From the NCBI GenBank assembly GCA_002269645.1, contig NIVC01003701.1:1-25061 (forward strand): 25,061 nt of DNA. Reading direction: 5' to 3'. The translations under genes and the position numbers were made by a program. Below are positions 10,911 through 22,900 of this stretch, in pieces. Each line of letters opens with the position of its first letter. Position 1 is the stretch's first letter. The DNA is from Macrostomum lignano (Eukaryota). The notes below the pieces were generated by a model. It did no database searches. It saw nothing but the letters and a program-made list of their open reading frames with translations, and was not told the DNA's origin.

Positions 10911-13900
10911 GTCAATCAATTAATCAATCAATCAATCAGCCAATGCATCAATCAATAAATAAATTAATCAACCAATCAATCAATAATCAATAAACCTGTC
11001 AATCAGTCAATCAACCAATCAATCAATAACTCACTAATCAATCAACCCACCTGTCCCAGCCGCACATGCAGCACGAACGGCACAAAAGTCTGAGCCCCAT
11101 CGGCGCTCTCAGCCAGCAGCACTTCGCCAACCGGCAGCCTCAGATTGGCGTCGGCCTCGTGCAGGTAGCGCCGGATTCGTTGAGCGGCATCGGCGGCGCT
11201 CCAGCCAACGACGGCGCCAGACTCTGCAGTCGCCGAAGAGGCCACGAAGCCGGCAACGCAGTCGCCCCAGACAGCTCCGTAGCCGTCAGGCGAGTCCGCC
11301 GAGCACAGCAGGCGTCCCAGAGCCGCCGGTCCCAACAGCGGAGCGTAGTAGAATCGAACCCGCGACTGCCAGGCTGCCGGCTTTGAGCCGAACTGCTCAA
11401 CATAAGCTCGCAGCACGGAGTTCACGTGGCTGTCCGAGCCGGCAATGCAGATTCGATAGACCGACGACGAGGCTGAGGATGAGGCTGCGATTGATGAGGC
11501 TGATGCAGCAGGACTCGCTGATGTCTGGTGGCCTAAGGAGGAGGCAATGTGGGCCAGGGCGTGCCGGCAGTCCGCCGCTGTGACTGTCGGGATGCAGGCC
11601 AGGGGAGCGGCAGGTGGGGAATCGGATTGCTGCTGCTGCTGTAGTGCTTCTAGGAGAGCCTGCAATTGTTAATTTGAGATAGAAAAATGCTAGAGATGGG
11701 ATATTTAGAGACGGGATGTTCAAAGATGGGGAATATTCAGAGATGGGATATTTAAAGATAGGATATTAAAAGACGGGATATTCAAAGATGGGAAATATTC
11801 AGAGATTGGATATTCAGAGATGGGATATTCAAAGATGGGATATTCAGAGACGGGATATTCACAGCTGGGAAATATTCAGAGATGGGATATTTAAAGATTG
11901 GATAAATCAGAGATGGGATATTCACAGTTGGGATATTCTGAGATGGAATATTCACAGTCAGGATATTCAGAGATGGGATAATCAGAGATGGGATATTCAC
12001 AGTTGGGGTATTCAGAGATGGGATAGTCACAGTTGGGGTATTCAGAGATGGGATATTCACAGTTGAGATATTCAGAGATGGGATATTCACAGTTGGAATA
12101 TTCAGAGATGGGATATTCAGAGATGGGATATTCACAGCTGGGATATTCAGAGATGGGATATTCAGAGATGGGATATTCTGAGATGGGATATTCAGAGATG
12201 GGATATTCTGAGATGGGATATTCTGAGATGGGATATTCACAGCTGGGATATTCAGAGATGGGATATTCACAGTTGAGATATTCAGAGATGGGATATTCAC
12301 AGCTGGAATATTCAGAGATGGGATATTCAGAGATGGGATATTCACAGTTGGGATATTCAAAGATGGGATATTCAGAGATGGGATATTCAGAGATGGGATA
12401 TTCTGAGATGGGATATTCACAGCTGGGATATTCAGAGATGGGATATTCAGAGATGGGATATTCACAGTTGAGATATTCAGAGATGGGATATTCAGAGATG
12501 GGATATTCACAGTTGGAATATTCAGAGATGGGATATTCACAGCTGGGATATTCAGAGATGGGATATTCAGAGATGGGATATTCTGAGATGGGATATTCAC
12601 AGCTGGGATATTCAGATATGGGATATTCAGAGATGGGATATTCACAGTTGAGATATTCAGAGATGGGATATTCACAGCTGGAATATTCAGAGATGGGATA
12701 TTCAGAGATGGGATATTCACAGTTGGGATATTCAAAGATGGGATATTCAGAGATGGGATATTCAGAGATGGGATATTCTGAGATGGGATATTCACAGCTG
12801 GGATATTCAGAGATGGGATATTCAGAGATGGGATATTCACAGTTGAGATATTCAGAGATGGGATATTCAGAGATGGGATATTCACAGTTGGAATATTCAG
12901 AGATGGGATATTCACAGCTGGGATATTCAGAGATGGGATATTCAGAGATGGGATATTCTGAGATGGGATATTCACAGCTGGGATATTCAGATATGGGATA
13001 TTCAGAGATGGGATATTCAGAGATGGGATATTCTGAGATGGGATATTCTGAGATGGGATATTCACAGCTGGGATATTCAGAGATGGGATATTCACAGTTG
13101 AGATATTCAGAGATGGGATATTCTGAGATGGGATATTCTGAGATGGGATATTCAGAGATGGGATATTCACAGTTGGGATATTCAGAGATGAGATATTCAC
13201 AGTTGGGATACTGCATACTCACCCGACCGCCGCTCTCGCTAGTATTGATGAGGCACAGTTTGTCAGGCAGGCAGTCGCCATGCAGCTTAGCCACGGCGTC
13301 AGTGCACTCCTTGCGAGGCTGCAGATGAGCGAAAAAACTTATTTAATTGCGGAAATATTGGCATGATTTAATAGCGGCACTGTTAGAAAAATGTATAATA
13401 ATAAAAATTGTTCCGATAAAGCCAACAAAAATTAATGAGTATAGTTAAAAGCACTTCCCGTTTTAAATTTGAGCAACAATAGGCGCAAAATATCACACGC
13501 TGTTTCTGTTAAATTTACGAGCAAAGCTATCCTAACGCATTGATGACTCTATCATTATTAGAGATAAATTTGTTATATTAATCCAAAATTCAGCAATTCA
13601 GATAAACAATTAGTTTTACCTCGCCAAAGAACGAATCATTCAGATTAAAATCCAACTGGAAAGCCTGCTGAAGTATCAGAAAATACGAAAATACAAATCA
13701 GATGAATTTGTAAAAAATGAGCCACTTTTTTCACTTTGCACTACTCTTAGTAGAAAGGCTTGGAAGTAGTATAAAAAAAATAAAAAAGCTATAATCAATC
13801 TAGCCATTTTTGTTTTTATATCCCTCTGACGTCATCGTCAGTTCTCAGTCAAGCGAGAACCCCCCCCCCCTAAAAAAACAAGATATTTCCCGAATCCCCA

Positions 13901-14656
13901 AGAACACGCAAGCAGCTATCGATGGCTCTTAAGAATGATTGATGACACGCACACTTTTTAAGTCGATCCTGAAAATGCAAACCAGAGAGGTAAGCCGGTT
14001 TTAAATGAGCACAGCCCGCATTCCAGTTGCAATATCAATTGGAAAGCTTCCGGGGAGGGGTGAAATTTTTTATATCAAAAAACATCAAATATTCCTCTCC
14101 ATTCGCGACTTTCTGTGAGTCCTTTTTTCGGAAATTATCAATATGAAAATACAGTAGATCATAGAGCCTCGCTGCAGTCACTCAACTGCCACTCAGGGTT
14201 AAAAGTACAGATTTTTACAGCATGAATCAGTTTAAAATAGAATGTTAAAGTTAAACTACTATAACAAGCATACTCAAGGTTTGCCAAAATCGTTAGGATG
14301 AAATAAACAGAGTTACATCATCAGTTCAGCATCAACTTCGGAGCATTGTGTTAAAATTTTAAAAAACTTGAAACAAAAAATTATATAAACAGTCGTATAC
14401 AGAAAGACAGTGTACAAAATATGATTGGCTTTGCACTGTATAGAACGGATTGCTAATCTAGTCATTGACATAAACAGACCGACATGACGGACGACGAATC
14501 GACATGAAAGACAGACAGGCAGACAGACAGACCGACAGACAGACAGACAGACAGGCAGACAGACAGACAGGCAGACAGACAGGCAGACAGACAGACCGAC
14601 AGACAGACAGACAGACAGACAGACAGGCAGACAGACAGACAGGCAGACAGACAGGC

Positions 14657-14705
<49 letters not shown>

Positions 14706-14796
14706 CTAAGACAGACACATAGACAGTCAGACAGGCATACAGACAGACAGGCAGACAGGCAGGCAGACAGACAGACAGACAGGCAGACAGACAGGC

Positions 14797-14829
<33 letters not shown>

Positions 14830-14922
14830 CTAAGACACTAAGACAGACAGATAGACAGACAGACACTAAGACAGACAGACAGACAGACAGACAGGCAGAC
14901 AGACAGACAGACAGACAGACAC

Positions 14923-14965
<43 letters not shown>

Positions 14966-14979
14966 GTCAGTCAGACAGT

Positions 14980-15025
<46 letters not shown>

Positions 15026-15028
15026 GGC

Positions 15029-15089
<61 letters not shown>

Positions 15090-18000
15090 GGCAGACAGAC
15101 GCAGCGGACGCACAACACCTACCGCCCCCAAGCACGCTAGAACCTGGCGCAATCCATGCGGATTCAGCAGCTCCTGTTGGGTGACCAAAGATCGCCGCCT
15201 GCCAGCTGGCGAAGAGTTTTCAGGAGCTGCGGTGGCGGCGCTGGCGGCAGCTTGGGGAAGAGGAGGAGCAGCAAAGGGGATTCGCAGAGCGGCGCAAGAG
15301 GCGGTATGGGAGCGAGCCCGGTGCCTGTGCTGCCCCTTCTGCTGCTGGCGCACACTGGCATGCTGGCGCTGGTCCTGAATATTATGATTACATATTATAA
15401 GTTTCTATGGATTGATCTACAATAAAAAGGCAAAATAAGCTCGGGAATGCAAACAGCTAGACTACAAATCATATATGCATACGCAAAAGCTGAGGCGCTA
15501 GCAAGTCAACTCAAACATGCTGATTTATCTAAAACTAATTCAAATGGTAACTATGATAAAAATGCTCGTATGGCAAAGTGCGGCAAGGTACTTAATATGC
15601 ATGCGCAGGTGATAAGAGAACTAGTCTTAACTAAAATTTAGTTATAACACTGACTTCTAATTCTAAATTTTCTAAAATATACTCCAGTACGCCCCTGTAA
15701 ATCTGAATCTCACCCCTGTAAATCTGAATCGCATCTCTTTACACCTGAATCTCACCATTTACATCTGAATCTCAGCTCTGTACATTGAATCTCACCCCTG
15801 TAAATTTGAATCTCACTCCTGTACATCTGAATCTCACCCCTGTAAATCTGAATCTCACCCATGTACATCTGAATCTCACCCATGTACATCTGAATCTCAC
15901 CCATGTATATCTGAATCTCATCTCTGTACATCTGAATCTCAGCCCTGTATATCTGAATCTTACCCCTGTAAATCTGAATCTCACCCCTGTACATCTGAAT
16001 CTCACCTCTGTACATCTGAATTTCACCCCTGTACATTTGAATCTCACCCCTGTGAATCTGAATCTCACCCCTGTAAATCTGAATCTCATCCCTGTAAATC
16101 TGAATCTCACCCCTGTACATCTGAATCTCACCCCTGTAAATCTGAATCTCACCCCTGTAAATCTGAATCTCATCCCTGTAGAAAAGATGCTACAAAAGAC
16201 TCCCGTGTAAAATAGCTAGTTGGAAATCTTAGTGCAGCAAGCTCAACAATCAAATAATGTGATAAATATTACACATAAAGCATACACTGCATATATATAT
16301 ACATATGACAGTAATGAACAATTCATTTTTATCACGCATGAAGAGATTGTGAAGAAGCAAAGTTTTAACAAGCAGAAGATTCTTTATAGTGCAGTGTAAA
16401 TCTCACTACATAATAGTCTAATGGAAATTTACTTACATCAGTAACAGACAAGACACTCTGGGATGCCTGTTGCTGTGGTGATAACAGTAACTGAGATGGT
16501 GGCGGCGGCGGCGGCTGCTGAGGCTGCGGATGAGGCTGCGGATGAGGCTGCGACTTACTAGAAGTTGGCACGCTAACAGCAACTCCTCCAATAGCCGCCG
16601 ATGTTGCTGCAGTGACAGCAGGCTGGGAGCAGGGCAAATCTTGCTGCGAAGCTCGACGTGTCGCAGCTGTTGCCAACGATGAAGGGTCAGGCAAAGCAGG
16701 GGTGCGAGCTCAGCTGGCACCGAAGCAGTGGCAGAGGGCACAGCATCAAACCCGGTGCTAGCAGAATCTGCGCCAATCAAAAAATCGGTTGGCTCCATCG
16801 ATGCCTGCAGCAATTTCTGATCCCCTATTGGAGAGTGAGAAGTCAGATGCTGCTGCTGCTGATGCTGAGTCAGTCGAGTGTGAGACGATTGTGATCCAAA
16901 ATAGCGTCTAACCCTGGGCTTTGGCGTTGATCCAACGCTGATATCATCGTCATCATCTAGGCTGGAGCTGGAGTCTGGCGGCTCAATGTCTTCTAGATCG
17001 TTCCATAGCGACTCCTCTTGGTGTAGCTCCAACTGTAGGTTTGGGTGTAAATTATACGATTGGTTAGGGGGCCCTGGAATTATTATCTTCAGGCAGGTAC
17101 ACTGTCTGCGTCTTGGCCCAACTTGCCCCAAGACCAATGTAGGTGTTTTTAGGATTTTTCATTCGGGTACACTAGCTGGCTTTAGATAGTGTTGAATCTA
17201 ATAAAATTACGATACATTTTCAGAATTTCAAAAATTTGAACAAAACACTGCTTTCCCAATGTAGGTTTTAGAGAGAAAAATGATTGTAAAAGCGCAGACC
17301 TAGAGACACAGAAGCAGACACAAGCGCAGACCTAGAGACACAGAAGCAGACACAAGCGCAGACCTAGAGACACAGAAGCAGACACAAGCGCAGACCTAGA
17401 GACACAGAAGCAGACACAAGCGCAGACCTAGAGACACAGAAGCAGACACAAGCGCAGACCTAGAGACACAGAAGCAGACACAAGCGCAGACCTAGAGACA
17501 CAGAAGCAGACACAAGCGCAGACATAGAAGCAGACACAAGCGCAGACATAGAGACACAGAAGCAGACACAAGCGCAGACATAGAAGCAGACACAAGCGCA
17601 GACCTAGAGACACTGAAGCAGACACAAGCGCAGACATAGAAGCAGACAAAAGCGCAGACCCAGAAACACAGAAGCAGACACAAGCGCAGACATAGAGACA
17701 CAGAAGCAGACACAAGCGCGGACATAGAAGCAGACACAAGCGCAGACATAGAAGCAGACACAAGCGCAGACCTAGAGACACAGAAGCAGACACAAGCGCA
17801 GACCTAGAGACACAGAAGCAGACACAAACGCAGACATAGAAGCAGACACAAGCGCAGACCCAGAGACACAAAAGCAGACACAAGCACAGACCTTGAGACA
17901 CAGAAGCAGACACAAGCGCAGACACAGAAGCAGACACAAGCGCAGACACAGAAGCAGACACAAGCGCAGACACAGAAGCAGACACAAGCGCAGACACAGA

Positions 18001-18787
18001 AGCAGACAAAAGCGCAGACACAGAAGCAGACACAAGCGCAGACATAGAGACACAGAAGCAGACACAAGCGCGGACATAGAAGCAGACACAAGCGCAGACA
18101 TAGAAGCAGACACAAGCGCAGACCTAGAGACACAGAAGCAGACACAAGCGCAGACCTAGAGACACAGAAGCAGACACAAACGCAGACATAGAAGCAGACA
18201 CAAGCGCAGACCCAGAGACACAAAAGCAGACACAAGCGCAGACCTTGAGACACAGAAGCAGACACAAGCGCAGACACAGAAGCAGACACAAGCGCAGACA
18301 CAGAAGCAGACACAAGCGCAGACACAGAAGCAGACACAAGCGCAGACACAGAAACAGACACAAGCGCAGACACAGAAGCAGACACAAGCGCAGACCTAGA
18401 GACACAGAAGCAGACACAAGCGCAGACATAGAAGCAGACACAAGCGCAGACCTAGAGACACAGAAGCAGACAAAAGCGCAGACAAAGAAGCAGACACAAG
18501 CGCAGACCTAGAGACACAGAAGCAGACACAAGCGCAGACCAAATACACACACAGCAGTCAGTAACACAAAGCCGTGGATGATCAAAAGATTATAAAAAGG
18601 TGTCATACGAACTAGAGCATCGTTACTAAGCTCTTTTTTCCGGCAAAACGCTTCAAAGCTGCCTAATACGCGTACAATTTTTAGATTTACACACCATAGG
18701 GCGCAGATGCGAGTGTTTGAAATGCAAAACCCGGCCGGGCATAAGGACGGAATATCGTTCACTCGACAGGGGCGAGAAGTGCAATCG

Positions 18788-18851
<64 letters not shown>

Positions 18852-19887
18852 GGGCAGAGGAGAGAAACAAACTAGAGAGAGATAGCGTAAATATATAGGG
18901 AGAAAGTCGAACGGCGAAAGTTAAATTCAGCAGATTCGGCAGCAAGGCCTCTCTAGACAGCTTCAAGAGTAATAAGTTATGCTTGCAGCTGCTACTGTTT
19001 AAATTGCTCTGGGATAAAATGTCAGAACTTTTTGGACACCCCAAGTAGTTACATAGTTCTAGTTATGAAAAGTTTGAACCAATTTTTCTAAAATTTTGTC
19101 TCCCATTTTAAGGCTGAATACTGATATAAGTACAAAACATCATCACGTGATCATTCCATCAGCTTTTGGGTGCAACCTGGCACACCTTAAGCGACATTGT
19201 CACAAAATCGGCGAGAGACATTACTGCCAATTCCGCCGACTCCCCTGAACAGGCACACAAACGCGCGGATACGTACGCAGTCATACTTTATTTATCGTTA
19301 GGCATGTACACTTCACTTCTCTACACTTCACTTTTGGCCCTCAAGGCCGTTAATTGCACGAGCAGAGCCAAGCCGAGATTCCAATTTAACCCCAAAATTA
19401 ATGTGACTGCACTTGGAATCGAGCCTGAGCCGCTGGTACATCAGAGCACCACGCTAGACCACTAAGCTACGCCCCCAATTAAGGATTAAAAATTTCTAGG
19501 ACAACTTTTCCATGCCCTTTCTGTAAGAAAAGGCCCATACGCCATTGCCTGAAATTATGTGCTGTTTTAACAAAAGATTGGTTCAACAAAATCAAAACAG
19601 CAACACTACATAGTAAGCATATGAAGAAGCCCAGTTGCTCCAAAAGTGATGGTTCTAGGCCTTCTTGGCTTAGGGGAAGCAAAATACCGTCCCGAAATGC
19701 TCGCGTGCACAAATTGCAATCCAGAGGGACAGGAAAATCTCCTAGAATGAAGGCAGGCAGGGAAGGGAAACAACATGCAAACCAGGAGGGAGCAGGGGAT
19801 GGTGATGGGGCCAGGGAGAGAGAGGTTCGACCCTGCGAAGCTTGGTAAGAACGGTGAAAAGTTTTCAGACCGACAGGCCATCTAAAA

Positions 19888-19931
<44 letters not shown>

Positions 19932-22900
19932 TTGTATGTCTACAAATGTCTATCCGGGATAGGAAGGATCGAGAGTCAGAAGCTGGTACGAACCAGCCGG
20001 ACTGCCTAGCGGAATAAAAAATGGCGAAAACTGGCCCCAAACCGCTCTATCGTCTCTGTCTCTAGGGAAGAAAGTCTTCTTTTATATGAATTCCAAAGCG
20101 GTTTCGCAGCTGACATCTGACATACATAGTAACTAAGAATCTGCAGAATTGGATAGACATAATTTGACAGACCAAGCTTTCGGCATTCTTGTACTAGAGT
20201 ATATGTAGAAGATAGACTAGCAATCTTATCCCTCCGTTGGGTCCATAGAAAGGCATATATAATACTGATTTACCTCAAGCATTACATCAGGCTTTCTAGC
20301 CTGATAGATCTGCTTCCCACCTTAGCCATAACATCTCAGCAACTCTCCCATTGAGCCATGGCATCTCAGCAACCCCCCTTTGAGCCATGGCATCTCAGCA
20401 ACTCCCCCCTTTGAATTTTGGCATCTCAGCAACTCCTCTTTGAGCCATGGCATCTCAGCAACTCCATCCTTAAGCCATGGCATCTCAGCAACTCCCTCCT
20501 TAAGCCATGGCATCTCAGCAACTCTCCCTCCTTAAGCCATAGCACGTCAATAAGCTAGAGATTCAAAATAATGGAAAACAGGCCCGAATTTAAATAAGAC
20601 CCCAAGCTTTTCACCAAAGCAGCAACTGTAGCCTTCTAAATTGACGGAATTAAAGACAGGCAAAAATTGAGATTCAAAGACAAAAAAGACAAAGCAAAGC
20701 ATCAAAGCAAATCCAAAATCTAAGTAAAACTTAGACACAAGAGGCAGAGCTTACAAATCAAACGGTATTATTCATCAAAGTTAGCTGTATATAGTACATA
20801 TTAAAGCCAGTGTCTAGAGGCTCCCTTTAAATGAAAATCTCTTTGAATCCCATCGCAGGAAAAAGCAAGCTGATGCTTTGAATCTGCTTCTGTCTGGATA
20901 GTCGTCAAAAAAATCAAGAAATTTTCCGAGACAAATTTTTCGATAAAAAAATTTCTTAATCATGGACGCTGTCGCTGCTCGTCCAGGAAGCTGGGCCCCT
21001 GGTAACTAGCAACAAAATTTAATTAACTTCTAGACTGGAGGCTTCCTTCGGACTAGCATTTTTTTCATCAATCAACCGACCTTCAACTGTAACAGCAGCA
21101 GCCGCCTAAAGGACTTGAGGCCACTCTTTGTCAGGCCATCGAGTCCTTTGCAATTCCATAACAGCAATCCTGCCTGCTCAAGGCTTATGTCTCAAATAAT
21201 CTCCACTCCATTCTCTTCTTATCTCACCCTTCTCGCATTTCTTCAATTTATACGCTCCTCTCTCCTCTCCTCTGTCATCTCTTCTCTTCTCCTCCATTAT
21301 CTCATCTCTTTTCCTACGTAATTCCCCTGTCATCTCTCTCTCCTCTGTCATCTCTCTCATACATGCGCAACCTCCAAATTTCGGTCGGCCATGCGACTTA
21401 GTTTTAACAAAAATGCGACGTAGTTTTTGGCCAAAAATGCGACTTACATGTAAAAAAACCCACAAAATTAACGCAACTTTCTAAACGGCAGGAGTAACTA
21501 TGACTGTCTTATAAAGCCAAAATGCCTCGTCAGCTACTTAGTACTCTACTTTTTTTTCTTGCATCTTCTTTGCCGCTGGATCCCTCTCGGCCGATCTCTC
21601 TTCTCCGTCTCTCTTCTCCTCTGTCATCTCTCTTCTCCTCTGTCATCTCTCTTCTCCTCTGTCATCTCTCTTCTCCTCTGTCATCTCTCTTCTCCTCTGT
21701 CATCTCTCTTCTCCTCTGTCATCTCTCTTCTCCTCTGTCATCTCTCTTCTCCTCTGTCATCTCTCTTCTCCTCTGTCATCTCTCTTCTCCTCTGTCATCT
21801 CTCTTCTCCTCTGTCATCTCTCTTCTCCTCTGTCATCTCTCTTCTCCTCTGTCATCTCTCTTCTCCTCTGTCATCTCTCTTCTCCTCTGTCATCTCTCTT
21901 CTCCTCTGTCATCTCTCTTCTCCTCTGTCATCTCTCTCTCCTCTGTCATCTCTCTTCTCATCTCTGTCATCTCTCTTCTCCTCTGTCATCTCTCTTCTCA
22001 TCCGTCATCTCCTCTCTTCTATCATCTCACTTTTCTCCTCTGTCATCTCTTCTCTTCTCCTCTGTCATCTCTCTCCTCCTCTGTCATCTCTTCTCTCCTC
22101 TGTCATCTCTTCTCTTCTCCCCTGTCATCTCTCTCCTCCGTCATCTCCTCTCTTCTATCACTTCTCTCCTCTTCTGTCATCTCTTCTCTCCTCCTCTGTC
22201 ATCTCCCTCTCTTCTCCTCTAGCTATGTCATCTCTTCTTTTCTCCTCTGTCATCTCCTCTCTTCTCTGTTCTCTTCTCTCTTCTAATATCTTCACTTTTT
22301 TCTCCTCTGTCATCTGTTCTCTTTCCCCCCATCATCTCTTCTCTTCTCCTTCGTCATCTTTTTTCTCCTCTGTCCTCTCCACTCTTCTCTCTACTTTCCG
22401 CTCGCCTCTCTTTTCTCTTTTTTGACCCGCAGTCATGCGCTAGATTCTCAATCTAGCCACCAAAGTAAGAAAAATTACCGACCCCTGCTATACGACATTA
22501 TTTCCAAAATTCGTTTACTTCTGCTAGAATGACTCATACCTCTGCAAAAATATATGCATAAATGTACAGTACAGTAGAAGTTACATAATCTCAACTTACC
22601 CCATAGTTATTCTCAGGCTTGAGTTTTCGAGATTTCAATATAGTTGAAAAATTCTCGTCCATAAATAGTTTGAGCTTCTGACGCCATTCTTTCGGCTGAA
22701 ATAAAAATATAATATTTAAATATATGATTATATGAAACTCGAATCGATCTGAGAGAGTTTATTGAATTTAGGCTGTCTGGCTATAGTTGATAGATGCCAG
22801 ATTTTGATTTGCGTCTAGATCAGGGATCGGCAAACTGCAGCCCGTCAAGCCTCTCTATCCGGCTCTTGGGTCCTTTTAAACTTCACAAATAGCAATCGGG

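Noticed and set aside
11066-11723. + strand ORFs at 11066-11386 and 11397-type overlaps, plus 15156-15425, 16658-16894 and 23382-23705
   Set aside because: They are antisense or off-frame shadows of GC-rich PACS exons with no recognisable product.
18627-18662. Mini-exon [12 protein letters not shown] as the PACS ALLKRFK segment
   Set aside because: The splice sites are weak, and the 22600-22695 exon fills that role with far better splice signals.
19823-19833. GGTTCGACCC B-box as a tRNA or SINE
   Set aside because: There is no upstream A box at the proper spacing and no tRNA-like fold.
19933-20126. Possible MITE bounded by tgtatgtc / gacataca
   Set aside because: The inverted repeat is only 8 bp perfect with a gapped extension, and there is no clear TSD.
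1955-22420. Tandem arrays as CRISPR or other prokaryotic repeat-spacer systems
   Set aside because: The units are head-to-tail with no unique spacers, there are no cas-like ORFs, and the context is a spliced eukaryotic gene.
9183-22425. Long repeat-peptide ORFs ([45 protein letters not shown] and similar) as genes
   Set aside because: Each coincides exactly with an intronic micro- or minisatellite whose unit lacks stops in that frame. None has independent gene signals.
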